Assembly: GCF_030028105.1 (NCBI RefSeq)
Contig: NC_092395.1
Span: 43,676,459 to 43,740,458 of the forward strand
Length of the DNA: 64,000 nucleotides
Origin: Mobula birostris
Taxonomy: Eukaryota
Reading direction: 5' to 3'
The position numbers and the translations under genes are program-made. Numbering within the stretch: position 1 is the first letter of the stretch; each line of letters starts with the position of its first letter. Of the stretch, positions 1 to 12,939 are shown piece by piece. The notes below the pieces were generated by a model. It ran no database searches. It was not told the DNA's origin and was given only the letters and a program-made list of their open reading frames with translations.

Positions 1-1135
1 CCCAGGTAGCCCCAAATTCTTCATGAGGACTCTGTCTCCAGGCATTGGCTGGGAGAACCTAACCTTTTTATCATACCTCCTCTTATTTCCTTGATCTTGC
101 TTGGTAGCTGAGTCCTCAGCGAGTTCAAAAGCCGTTTTCAGCTCCCTCCTCATTATCAGACACATACTTCAGATAAATCTTCTATTTTCATTCTTCCCCA
201 CCAGTCCCAAAACAGAGATCAAAAGGCAACCTCACTTTGCTCCCAGACATCAGATAATATGGTGACTACCCGGTAGCTTCAATCTACCATCTGTGTACGA
301 TTATAGCAGTGGACCAGATGTCCAATATGTTGACTACAGCTGTTCTTTTTACTGACCTCCAAGGTTCCGAGCATGTCTAGCAAGGGCTGATTGAACCTCT
401 TGGGCTGGGGATCACCTTGCAGGTGATAAGGCGTAGTTCTCGACTTTTCGACTGCAAGCATGCTCAGTAACTAATGTATGAGCCTACTCTCAAAATCCTG
501 TCATAAGATCCATTAGGCTTCCCTTTGCACCCAAAAAATTTTCTAGGGCTTGCATGTAGCCCGCAGAAGTAGCAAAGGAGTTCTGTGTCTTTGAGGATTT
601 CATTGCGTCAGCGGCCGGCCCCCTCAAACTCTCTACCAATCGTCTTTTTACATCTTCAGAGCTCTGCCGCTCATCCAGCATCTGAGAGGTCTGTTCCACC
701 CAGTTCTCATGCTCCTCTTCACCTTTAAGGGTGGACTTCATTCCCAAAAACATTCTCAGCCAATGATAGCTGGCGTTTGAACCTGGGCATTTTGCCATTT
801 ACTTGCCAGGGAGGTAAGGGCAGCTACCAACTCAGAATGCTCATCCCTGTCTTGAGGGCTCATTAGACCCTCTACATCAGACCACTCCTTCCCCTCGCTT
901 CGCAGAAACGAGAGCAACTTGTCTGTAATGTCTCTGTCCCCAGCTACGGCAAACTCTGCCTCCAAGTCAGTACGATCGCCTGCAATCCCTTCCTCCTGGA
1001 AAGTATGGACAGCCCATGGCCCCTCGCCTCTCCCGGGGTCCCAATAGTACCAGGCAGTTCCACGGCTATTACATCAATGCTAGTCTGAACTAAAACAAAA
1101 TCTTTGCCTGCCATTTTGTCAAACTTCTGCTCCAT
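1..1135 (-). mobile_element. Ty3/Gypsy LTR retrotransposon remnant: PNMA-like gag fused by internal deletion to integrase core/C-terminus
   Basis: ORFs 490-798 and 756-965 resemble PNMA-type gag (EEEHENWVEQ, RRLVESLRGPAAD). 279-~500 reads DFESRLIH*LLSMLAVEKSRTTPYH..RFNQPLLDMLG (integrase). 1-80 reads YDKKVRFSQPMPGDRVL. Stops and frameshifts are present. Confidence 0.8.
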
Positions 1136-1371
1136 GTTCGTAACTGTTCCTAATGCTTCACCGGTACTTGAAATTCAAATTAACAATTCATTGGAACTAC
1201 AAATGTCCATCCCACTCAATACATGCACATTCGTTACCAGTAACCCCATGGATTCACACCACCACTCAACCCCCGCAGCATTCATAACCACGTATCTTAA
1301 TCATTTTACCGGACAATAGTATAGCACAGACTTAAACACACAACCCACTGGATCAATGCTCAGGGCTGTTA

Positions 1372-1722
1372 CAACTCAGTCCCAGGAAACAACTGCCAGC
1401 ACTCTGCGTAGGATAAAAGAAATTATATTTATGAATGTTAACTGAAGGGATTGTAAAGAAAAGAAAGAAAAAACAAAAATGGCCCTTTATAATTAAACAG
1501 TCAAATGTGCACCAGTTGGAGCTCAATTTACCGATCCTCAGTCAATCTTGTCGCCTGGCTCCCTCGAATCATGATCTCCCCATTGGGTCGTATCTTATGA
1601 CTGGTTCTCTCCAGCACCTTCTCTCTTCATCTCTCACCAAACAGAAGACCCTGCTCACATTCCAAACCATCCGTTATCTCTAACCATAACCCAAACACTG
1701 CTTCTACAGAGAGAGCATTACG
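1372..1722 (-). repeat. Possible 5' LTR of the Gypsy remnant
   Basis: On the minus strand it starts (c)gtaatgctc and ends gttgtaaca, just upstream of gag. No second LTR is in the window and no clear primer-binding site was seen. Confidence 0.3.
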
Positions 1723-3039
1723 TTAGCAGTGAAACCTTTCCCATAGTAATTTATAAATGTTTGTTATTATGGATTGCAACATGGTGCTGCTGCAAAGCAA
1801 ATTTCACGACATATGCCGGTGATATTAAACATGACTCTGATTCTGAAACATTCCCCTTTTACTGAGAACACTGCGGTAAAATGTTTAACATGGAGACTTA
1901 CTGTAAATATAAATGAACACTTCAGGTATTGATTGGACAATATTACTGTTTGTTTCCAGTGTTCCAACCATAAATGATCCTGCTTCACTCTATAGAGACT
2001 GATATTTTCAATAGTACTAATATATTAATATTACTTGACTTTAATAACCCAACTTGTTAGCAATGAACTGCAGAATATTAAGAGGCTATATTCCAGTTAT
2101 GGATAAAATTTAAACTAGCTTTCTGGATCCTTGGACTAAAAAGAGTAATTTGAAAGCCAACTGCACTCATTTCAATACAGAAAGGTGATCAGGTGAGGAA
2201 AAGCTGCAGCGAGTTGGGCCTGCGTCAATCAGTTAACACTATCACAAATCAGTTTAATCAAATTCGAAAAAAAACTATGGATGGAGGAGGTCTGTAATGT
2301 AACACAATGAGAAAAAAAATCCATGGAAAAGTTGATTTTATTGAGCTGTGTGGGAGATACAAATCATTTTAATGATTAAATTTCAAAATAAAAATTGCCT
2401 CGCCATTTAAAAAACAAGTTTTGGTGCAGTTCAGATCAGCTGCTGCCTGAGTATGAAAATAACGAACATCTATGGCCCCAGCAGGAAATGAGCTGTTATT
2501 TTAAGGAGAGGGACAGCCCAGAATGTTTATATTTGCCTTTTCTACTATATTATCCAAATATCATTTTCTGTTCCACCTGATATTATTGTGAGTATCTGTC
2601 AAACACTGTACATTTAAAGGGACATTATCTCTGGTGCACTCCTTGAGTTATGGCAGTGAGGACAAGAATTGCTTCAGAATTTGTGCCATGTTTGTTTTCA
2701 GAGTTGCTTCACCTGACAGATTTATGCACTGAATTCCTGGGGAAGGAAATGTTAAAGAGGCCCGATGGTTTAACTGTGTGACAGTGAGTTCACCCCCATT
2801 ACATTGGCAAAGCTTGGTTTCTTTTCCATTGAAATCTGAGGAATATAGAAATGAAGAGAGTTTTAGAATATGGCTTCTGCTCACTGCCATCTAATTTACA
2901 TCCAGTCGGTGATCACTTCTTCCAGTACGATGATTGACTGAAGCATCTGCCACCAGCGGACTAGTGAGGTTGAGTTTAAATATGTTTCTCCCTGCTGTTG
3001 TTCATTCATTGTCTGTGGCAGTCTCAGTCTGGAAGTCCT

Positions 3040-4150
3040 GTTTTTCAGGGCTTGGCCAACTCAGTCTGTGATGGTGCAACCAAACCACTCTTGGTGATGG
3101 AAACTGAAGTCCCCGGGAATACTCTGTGTCCGTGCTTCTCTCAGTACTTTCTCTGTGTTGCTCAACATGGGGAATATCCATTCATCAATGGAGGGAGGCC
3201 AGGAGATTGTAATCAGGAGGAGCTCTCCCTGTGCATGTTTCACCTGATGCTGTGAGCCTGCTCTCTGCCTGGATTCAATGCTCAGGACACCAAGGGATCC
3301 TTTCCCCTGCCGGTACACCACTGTGCCCCAACCTCCAGAGACTCTTTCGGGACAGGACATACCCAGAATGGTGAGGGTGGAGTTGGCATATTGTCTATAC
3401 TGCTCTTGTCTGTAGATGGAGCCATGCTTTGTGGAAAGGACTGTCAAGCGTCCCAGAATCAGGACATCACCACAGGATGATGGATTTCCAGCATCTGCAG
3501 AATATTTTGTGTTCATCACAATGGTAGAAGTTCCTCAGGTCAATGTCCTCATCCCAATTGTTTCATCGCAGACATCCTCTCATCATAAAGTCAGTAGTGG
3601 GATGTTCACAGACATTTGCAGAATGTTCAGTTCCACTTGTAACCCCTCAGCTAATGCTTCAGTCCCAGCCTGTATGCCATCCAGACGTCGACAGCATTCA
3701 GTCATGGGCTGATAAGTGACAAGTGATATTTGCACCCATAGTGTCAGGCAATGACTATCTCCAAGAACAGAGAATCTAAATACCTTGCCTTGACATTCAA
3801 TGACATTAACATTGTTAAAGCCTCCACCACGAGTATTCAGAGAGTTTACATTAAGAGAAAAATGATGTGGGCTATTTAACTACATGCCATGCCCCCAGGA
3901 TTGGGTCAAAGGCTGGACATGATATGGTGGGTGATTCACCTCCTGGCATCACTAGATATTTTCATTCCTTGCATTCCATAAGCCAGAGTTTTGATGGAAT
4001 ATTCTCCATTTACTTTGATGAGTGTTGTCCCAGCGACTCTCAAGAAGCTCTGCATCATCCCGTCTGCAGCAGCCTTCCTGATTAGTACCTCCAAAATCAA
4101 CTAAAATATTCATTGACTCCACCGATGCCAATGGCAACAGCTGTGTAGAA
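3040..4150. mobile_element. Degenerate CR1/L2-group LINE fragments in opposite orientations (endonuclease on minus, RT C-terminus on plus)
   Basis: Minus ORF 3061-3519 has APE-like GGWGTVVY, LLLITISWPPS and GDFSFHHQEW. Plus ~3520-3750 resembles VPQ..GMF(A)DD..IQSWADK. Confidence 0.6.
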
Positions 4151-4739
4151 AATCTGGAAGATGCACTCAGTTATTCACCCACCTCCTCTGAAGCACCTCT
4201 CAAACCAGCAGCTGGACCACCTGGAGGGACAAGTACAGCAGCTGCAGATTAACAGCGCCACCTGCAGGCTCGCCTCCAACTTACAAACCATCCAAACCTA
4301 GAAATGTGTCACTGGTCCACCAGCTATATTCAGCAACATTCTCTCTGACGTCACTGTGGGAGCACTTTCCCCCAGACAGCAGCAGTGCAAGAGTGCAGTT
4401 CATCACCAATCTCTCACGGGATAACCAATGGATACTGGGCCTGTCAGTGATGCCCAGATATCAAAATGAATTTTTAAAATGGTGTAATCTACTTAGTCTT
4501 ATTTGAACATTTCCTGAATCTCAGTGTAATTCTTGAGATGAAAAGTTGAACTGCTTTCTGAATTCACTCACCTGCTCTGAAGCACATCTCAAACCAGCAG
4601 CAAGACCATCCAGAGGGACAAGTACAGCAGACAGATGAACACCACCACCTTTAGGCTCTTCTCCAACTCACAAACCATCTCGACCTGGAAATGTATCACT
4701 GGTCTACCACCGAACTTCTGGAACATTCGTGTAATCAAA

Positions 4740-5790
4740 GCTTAAACTGCTTTCTGAATTGCAACTGGTTTACGATTGTCACATGTACGGAAGTATCATT
4801 ATACAGTGTAATCAGGAAGCAGAAGGAAATACAATAACAGAGTGCACAGTAAATTGTCGCAGCTGCAGAGAAAGTGCAGTGCAGGTAGACAATAAGGTGC
4901 AAGATCAGAATGAGGTGGATTGTAAGGTGAAGAATCTATCTCATTGTACTAGGGAATGATTCAATAGTCTTATAACAGCAGGTTGGAGATATCCTTGAAC
5001 CTGGTGGTACATGCTTTTAGGCTTTTTCTGTTTATTCTGATGGTGGTAAAGTTCTTTGATTATGCTGGTTGCTTTACTGAGGTAGCAAAAAGTATAGACA
5101 GAATCCATGGAGGAGAGGATAGTTTTCTTGATCTGCTGAGATGCGTATACAACTCTGTCACAGGACAGGATCCTGTGCACCACCCCCATCCTGAAGAAAT
5201 TGACCAGATGATTTGCTTGTCTGACATTGAGGGAAAGGTTGTTGTCATCGCTCCATGTTACTAAGCTCTCCATCTTCTTCCTGTATTCTGATTCATTGTT
5301 CTTTGTGTTATGCCCACCAAGGTGGTACCATCTGCAAACTGATGGTGTTAGAGCAGAGTTTGGTTCCACAGTCATGACTGTAGATAAATCTCAAGGTTGT
5401 TTATGGTATACATAGTTTGGTAATAAATTTACTTTGAACTTTGCCTGTGGAGGGAGTAGAGCAAGTGGTCAAGTACTGAATCCTGTGGAACACCAGAGTT
5501 GAAAGTCCTCATGGCAGAGATACTGCTGCCTCTCCTTACTGATTGTGGTCTGTTCATCAGGAAGTTAAACTTCCTGTTGTGGAAAGAGGTCTTGACCCCC
5601 AGGTCTTGGAATTTTGTGATGAATTTGCCTGGGATTACAGTATTGAAGCTGGGGCTGCAGTCAATAAACAATAGACTTATATAGGTGCCTTTCCTGTCCA
5701 GGTGATCCAGAGATAACTACAGAGTCAGGGAGCTGGCATCCACCACAGGGGAATTGCAGTGGGTTGAGGTTGTCTGGGAGGCTGGAGATA
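4740..5790 (-). mobile_element. Degenerate Rex1/L2-like LINE RT fragment
   Basis: ORF 5429-5671 (FIDCSPSFNTVIP..FLMNRPQSVR..GVPQDSVL..LYSL) and ORF 4941-5375 (C-terminal RT and tail-like). Confidence 0.65.
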
Positions 5791-7799
5791 ATGTGTGCCA
5801 TTATGTGAGGCAAGTGGAGCTTAGGAGGACGATGGCGCCTAATGGCAACTCCTTTGCTTGCATCTTCAAAACAGCTCCATTTCTATCTTTCATATCTCTT
5901 TTTTTCCTTTTCAGGGTTCTTTTGAAGACCCTGACCTGGAGTTGCACCCTAACTTTGGTTGTTTGCTGGAACAGGACCTGCTCTCGGGATCTCATGAGTG
6001 GCTGCTTTTCGATATGCCAAGGACACGCATGGCCCAGATGACAGTGCGCTTTCAGGGTGGCAAATTTTGATGGCTCTGGAGGCGGCCAGACTCGAGGTCG
6101 GTGCGAGCGCCTGGTGCATCATGGGAGACAGAAGATTGAAAGCATTGAGCTGACTACTGGCTATGTGCCCAGAGACCCGAGTTCTTTGAGTTGCTTTGTT
6201 ATGTCTCCCCTCTCACTGTGAAATGGGAAACACCTCTTTTTCCCTTACTAGGGAGTGAGAGAACCTGTGTTACCTCAAATATTGGGTGAACGAGTAGTCT
6301 TTGGGGTCATGCAAGTCCGTGTCTTCATTGATGCTTTGCTGCACGCTTGAGTGCTTGATGGGTAGTGCTGATGCTTTTTTGCTGGTCGGGGAGGGGGAAG
6401 GTTGTGGCTTTGTTGCTGTTTGTGCTTGGGAGGGAGGAGCTCGGGGGGGTGCTTTGTGGTTTGAACATTTAACTCTCATTCATTCTTTGGGGCACTCCTC
6501 TGTTTTCGTGGATGTTTGGGAAGATAAAGAATTTCAGGGTGCATATGGTATACATTTCTCTGAGATTAAGTGTACCTATTGAAACCTATCACCAGCCTTC
6601 CAAAATGTTGAAGTCTGGAGGACATCCACGTTGGAGATAGGAACAATGTGTGTTGTTGCATAAATTCCTCTTGGACTTCCAGCTGGGTCCAGGTGTTGAC
6701 CTTAACTGACATTGTGATGACAAGCTCTACCATCTTTATCAGGGATGATGCCTAGACATGTTTAGTCTGTTGGAGTATATACTCGACACCTGCTGTCTGT
6801 CTCTCTTGATTGTTAAGTCCTCTACCATTTAGGTTTCTGCTCTCCTACCTTGTTTAAGATTGTATTCCAGTTCTTACTTGAAGGGAGACCTTTATCATTT
6901 TAGAAATCCTTATCTGTAGTCTTATTTCAATGGCTTCCTTCACCAGGCAGTCACAAAAGCCACTGGCGCAGCAGAGTAGTTTTGTGTCATCGAAGTCAAT
7001 CCTGTACTCATTGAATATGATCAGTGTGTGATGTATCAGCCAAGGACCTGTAGAACTGAACACAAAGCTTACAGAAAAGCAAAGCCACTTGGTAATATTA
7101 AGAAGTGGTAGGGTATTTTTATCGTGTGTCTCGTGTTGTTACTGAAGCCTCCAGCATTGAATTAGAGTGAAGAAAACGCTACCTATTTAGGAAGCATTCT
7201 ACAGCATGAATTAAGTAAGTCGACCTTTCTCCTATTGTCCTGTCAGATGTTCTTGGGACATGACAAAGAACTGCAGGAGGACAATGATACGACACGGGAT
7301 TATATAACAAGTGTGGATGGGATAAGGTGATTGGACCATATTTCACAGGATAGATTCAAACTAGATGCAGATTCCTCTGTGCTTGTGAAAAAATGGAGCG
7401 CTCTACCCCTGTGTGTGGTTAATTGGCACCTGGATCCCTGGGATGGAAGAAGGGTCTTGGTGGAAAACATTGAGTGTTTATTCATTTCCAAACATGTTGT
7501 GTGTCCTGTTGAGTTCCTCCAGCATTTTGTGAGTGTTGTACTGCAAGTCAGCATGTTCTGTTATGAGATATGTGCTCATTATATAAGGTTGTTGATCGAG
7601 ACCTGTGTCCATAGACAAGGAAAATGAGTGAAGCATTTGGCTGGATCACTACAAAAATATTTCTGAGGATCTGGAAGGGAAAGTCTGTCCAACCCAAGGA
7701 AGGAAGGACAGTGTATGAGGCACTGGATCGACAAGCATTGAGTATGTTGGAAGTTGTTTTCTGGGATGAGTGAGTTGCTTTGTCCTGAGCAGAAAAAGA

Positions 7800-8650
7800 A
7801 ATTTAAGAAAACAAGATGTTGGGAGAATTCAGCAGGTAAGGCAGCATTGGTGGAGGGAAATGGACAGTAGATGCTTTGGGTTGGGTCCATTCACCTAGAC
7901 TGAAATATAAGAGGGCAGATATCCAGGTGACGGGAAGGTTGGAACAACTGGTGGCAATTGATAAATGTATCAATGTTAAGGGTGGGGGTGACAGGGAGAT
8001 GGAGCGGGGAAGTTGGAAATGTTGACAAAGCTTGGAGGTGATAGGTGGAGGGAACAAGGTCTGAAGATGATGAAATCTGATAGAAGGGGATGTTGGGTAA
8101 TGGTATCAAGTGAGGAAAATGGAAATGATAAGGGATGGGAGACCCTGTGGAAGGAATGTGTGGGTGATGGCAAGATGTAGTGGGTAGAGGAAGGGACAAA
8201 AATTGGGTGATAGGAGTTGGAGAGCATGTAGGAAAAAAATGGGTAGACCAGGAGGAAAGAAAAAAAGAAGGGAGGGGAAATAGTTTTCTGGAAATTAGAG
8301 AACTCAGTTCTCATGTCATTAGGCTATAGTCTACCCAGGTGGCATAGAAGGTGATAAGGTGATGATCCTCTGGTTTGTGTTGAACCTCACCCGGGACCTG
8401 ATGACGGGACTGAGCACTGACATGTCAGTGTAACAACAGACCCGACAATTAAATGGCTGGTGACTGGGTGCTGTAGATGGTCATGGCAGATGGAACAAAG
8501 TAGCCACCCAGGTCTCGCCAACGTAGGAGAGGCCACATTGGGAGAATCAGATGCAATAAGCATGGCTGGAGGAATTGTGTGTGAGTTTTTGCATTTGCAT
8601 GCCTCACCGGGAAGCAGACATCTGACCTGGAAATCTACCTCCATCAGCAA
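7800..8650 (-). mobile_element. Highly degenerate Penelope-like remnant
   Basis: Same layout as the copies at 10902 and 59396: terminal segment, purine-rich spacer, then a decayed GIY-YIG region (LIASDSPNVASPTLARPGW in an alternate frame). Confidence 0.5.
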
Positions 8651-8899
8651 GTCTATCAATTCCCTCTCAGCTCCCCCATTTCCCAATATTTATATTCCAA
8701 GAGAAAATCACTTGGTCCATAAATCAATTTGAGAGGATCAAAATTTTAGGACATAAACTCTGTGAACAAATGAAAATATAATACATAAATTTTCAGCTTG
8801 GGTCTTTCTTGAATATTTAAAATTTATTCCAAGGGTTTGGGCATCACTGGCAAGGTCAAAATCAATTGCTTATCCATTGAGGGACTTAAGCAGGAGGGT

Positions 8900-10890
8900 G
8901 AAAAGCCAGAAGTCAAGGTCCATCTCATGGGCAGGTTGAGTGATGAGATTCTGCATAGGGAGATCAGGGAGTTACATGCAAAGTTAAAGGACAGGACCTC
9001 CATGGTTGTGATCTCAGGATTGCTAACCATGCCACGTTTTGGTGAGGCCAGAAAGAGGAAGATTATACAGTTTCATACATAGCTAAGGATTTGGTGTAGG
9101 AGGGAGGGCAGAAGATTTCTGGATCATTTTGTTCTCTTCCAGGGAGGGTAGGACCTGTACAGAAAGGATGGTTTATGCTGGAACTGGAGGGGGACTAATA
9201 TCCTAGTGAGAATAATTGTTAATGCTGCACAGTGTGGTCTAAACTAGAGTTGCAGAGGGCTGAGAACCAGAGTGCCAGAACAGTTACTGGAGAGATTGTG
9301 GAGGCAAATGTTGATAAGACCTCGGACAAGTTCGGAATCAACAGGTTGAGCATGGTGCGACTCACTTCCTGAGCTGTGTATATTTCAATGCAAGAAGTAT
9401 CATAGAAAAGGTAGATGATAGTACTGAAGATGAGGTAGCTGGCTTACAAACAGAGGCGATGTGTTATGAGGAGAGGCGGTTGATAGGGCAAAATTGCAGT
9501 CAACAGGATGAGTTGCAACATAAAAAGCGGACAAAAAGGTGGAATACAGTACTGAAGGTGTTATATTTGAAAGCACACAGTATACAGAATAAGATAGGTG
9601 AACTTGGAACATAGTTGCAGATTGGCAGATGTGATGAATCGTGACTGAAAGAAGATTATAGCTGGTAGCTTCATGTCCAAGGATACACATTGTACCGAAG
9701 GGACTGGCAGGAAGGCAGAGGAGACGACATTGTTCTGTTGGTTAAAAAATAAAACCAAATCTTTGGAAAGAGGTGATATAAGGTTGGAAGTTGTTGAATC
9801 ATTGTGGATAGAGCTAAAGACCTGCAAGGGTAAAAAGACTCTGATGGGAATTGTACACAGACCAGGAAACAGTTGCAAGGATGTGGTCTACAAATAGCAA
9901 CGGGATAGAGAAAATGCATGTCAAAAGGGCAATGTTACAGTAGTCATGGGGGATTTCAATATGCGAATAGATTGGGAAAATCATGTTGGTGCTGTATTCC
10001 AAGTGGGGGAATTTCTAGACTGCCTTCAAGGTGGCTTTTTAGAGAAGCTCATGGTTGAACCCCCTAGGGGATTAGTTGTTCTGGGCTGAGTGTTCTGCAA
10101 TAAACCAAAATTGATAAAGAGCTGAAGGTAAAATAACCTTTAGGGGAAAGTGATCATAATATGATTGAATTCACACTGAAATTTGAGAAGGATAAGCTAA
10201 AATTAGATGTATCAGTATTGCAGTAGAGTAAAAGGACTTATAGAGGCATGAGAGAGAGGAATTGGCCAGGTTTAATTGGAAAAGAACACCGACAAGGATG
10301 GGTAGAATTTCTGGAAGAAACTTGGAGGGCACAGAATATATACATCCCAAAGAGGAAAAAGTATTCTAAATGCAAGTTGACACAACTGTACCAACGAGAG
10401 AAGTCAAAATCAACATAAGAGCCAAAGAGAGGGAATATAATAGAGCCAAAGATGGTGGGAAATTAGAAGATTGGGAAACTTTTAAAGAACAACAAAAGGT
10501 AACTAAAAAAGTCATCAGGAAGGTAAAGATGGAATACAAAAATAAGCTAGCCAATAATATTGAAGAGGATACCAGAAGTTTCTTCAGATATATAAAGTGT
10601 AAAAGAGAGGTGAGAGTGGATATTGGACTGATGGAAATTAATGATGATGAAATAGTCATGGGGTATCAGGAAATGGTGGACAAAATGAATAAATATTTTG
10701 CATCAGCCTTTACTGTGGGAAATACCAGCAGTTTGGTGGAAATTCCAGGTGTCAGGGGACAGATGTGTGTCAAGATATTTGTACTAGACAGAAGATTCTT
10801 GGGAAACCAAAAGGTCAGAAGGAAGATAAGCCACTTGGACCAGATGGTATACAACCCAGTGTTCCGGAAGAGGTGATTGAAGAGATGGTG
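8900..10890 (+). mobile_element. Degenerate CR1 LINE (ORF1 esterase end, endonuclease, start of RT), 3'-truncated
   Basis: VVISGLL..RFGEARKRKI esterase motif, VESLWIELK..TLMGIVHRP endonuclease motif, and ORF 10370-10876 (FFRYIKCKR, NKYFASAFT). Confidence 0.8.
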
Positions 10891-10901
10891 GAGGCATTTG
10901 T

Positions 10902-12590
10902 AACACAAACATGAGGAAATCTGCAGATGCTGGAATTTTCAGGCAACACACATAAAAATTGCTGGTGAACGCAGCAGGCCAGGCAGCATCTCTAGGAAGA
11001 GGTACAGTTGACGTTTCGGGCCGACACCCTTTGTCAGGACTAACTGAAAGAAGAGATAGTAAGAGATTTGAAAGTGGGAGGGGGATGGGGAGATCCGAAA
11101 TGATAGGAGAAGACAGGAGGGGGAGGGATGGAGCCAAGAGCTGGACAGGTTAATTGGCAAAAGGGATATGAGAGGATCATGGGTCAGGAGGCCTAGGGAG
11201 TAAGAAAGGGGGAGGGGGGAAGCCCAGAGGATGGGCAAGAAGTATAGTGAGAGGGACAGAGGGAGAAAAAGGAGAGAGAGAGAGAAATAAATAATAATAA
11301 AGAAATAAATAATGGATGGTGTACAAAGGGGAGGTGGAGCATTAGCGGAAGTTAGAGAAGTCAATGTTCATGCCATCAGGTTGGAGGATACCCAGACGGA
11401 ATATAAGGTGTTGCTCCTCCAACCTGAGTGTGGCTTCATCTTGACAGTAGAGAAGGCCGTGGATAGACATGTCAGAATGGGAATGGGATGTGGAATTAAA
11501 ATGTGTGGCCACCGGGAGATCCTGCTTTCTCTGGCGGACAGAGCATAGGCGTTCAACGAAACGGTCTCCCAGCCTGTGTCGGGTCTCACCAATATATAGA
11601 AGGCCACATTGGGAGCACCGGACGCAGTATATCACCACAGCCAACTCACAGTTGAAGTGTCGCCTCACCTAGAAGGACTGTGTGGGGCTCTGAATGGTGA
11701 TGAGGGAGAAAGTGTAAGGGCATGCGTAGCACTTGTTCTGCTTACAAGGATAAGTGCCGGGAGGGAGATCGGTGGGGAGGGATGGGGGGGACGAGTGGAC
11801 AAGGGAGTCGCGTAGCGAGTGATCCCTGTGGAAAGCGGTGGGGGCGAGAGGAGGAAGGAAAGATGTGCTTAGTAGTGGGATCCCATTGGAGGTGGCGTAA
11901 GTTACGGAGAATTATACATTGGACCCAGAGGCTGGTGGGGTGGTAGGTGAGGACAAAGGGAACCCTATTCCTAGTGGGGTGGTGGGAGGATGGGGTGAGA
12001 GCAGATGTGCATGAAATAGGAGAGATGTGTTTGAGAGAAGTGTTGATGGTGGAGGAAGGGAAGCCCCTTTCTTTAAAAAAGGAGGACATCTCCTTCGTCC
12101 TGGAAGGAAAAGCCTCATCCTGAGAGCAGATGCAGCGGAGACGGAGGAATTGCGAGAAGGGGATGACATTTTTGCAAGAGACAGAGTGAGAAGAGGAATA
12201 GTCCAGGTAGCTGCGAGAGACCGTAGGCTTATAGTAGCCATCAGGTGGTAAGCTGTCTCCAGAGATAGAAACAGAAAGATCAAGAAAGGGGAGGGAGGTG
12301 TCAGAAATGGACCAGGTAAATTTGAGGGCAGGGTGAAATTTAGGGGCAAAGTGGATGAAGGCAACGAGCTCAGCATGTGTGCAAGAAGCAGCGCCAATGC
12401 AGTTGTCAATGCAACGAAGGAAAAGTGGGGGACTGATACCAATCTGTTCCACAAAGCCAACAAAAAGGCAGGCATAGCTGCACCTTTAGTTTAGAGGAAG
12501 GGAGGAGCCAAAGGAGAAATTATTAAGAGTAAGGACTAATTCCGTTAGATGGAGCAGAGTGGTGGTAGAGGGGAACTAGTTAGGTCTGGC
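10902..12590 (-). mobile_element. Penelope-like element (RT C-terminus plus GIY-YIG endonuclease), inactive
   Basis: ORF 11742-12452 (FLRCIDNCIG where YIDD is expected, LKFTWSIS, LPFLDL). ORF 11342-11668 (VIYCVRCSQCGLLYIGETRHRL, GIY-YIG). Confidence 0.9.
11006..11041 (-). ncRNA. Mutated minimal type I hammerhead ribozyme motif
   Basis: Minus strand AGTC CTGACAA AGGGTGTCGGCCC GAAAC GTC AACT. Core G8 is changed to A and stem I has a mismatch relative to the copy at 59459. Confidence 0.6.
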
Positions 12591-12939
12591 ATTTGTAATG
12601 ATCTTTCAGGAATTACTAGGTTCTGGAAGACTGGCACTCCACATTTCAAAAGGGGAGAGAGGCCGCAGAAAGGAAGCAGTTGGCCAGTTAGTCTAATGTC
12701 AGTGTTGGGAAGATATTGGAGTTGATTATTAAGGATGAGGTTTCAGAGCACTTGGAGGCACATGATAAAATGGGTCGTAGTCAGTACGGTTTCCTCAAGG
12801 GAAAATATTGCCTGGTAAATCTGTTGGAATTCTTTGAAGAAATAACATGCAGCATAGACAAGGGAGAATCGGTTGCTGTTGTGTGCTAAGATTTTCAGAA
12901 TGCCTTTGACAAGTTGAGAGAGAGAGAGAAAGAGAGTTA

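Noticed and set aside
2395-2800. Ig V/J-like words (VQISC, YYC, PDRF, VTVSS) on the plus strand
   Set aside because: They are in different frames and the wrong order, the Cys-to-Cys distance is too short for a V domain, and there is no WGxG/FGxG or RSS.
7247-7326. Exon-like segment MFLGHDKELQEDNDTTRDYITSVDGI with AG/GT ends
   Set aside because: No recognisable homolog or partner exons, so it cannot be told from chance splice motifs.
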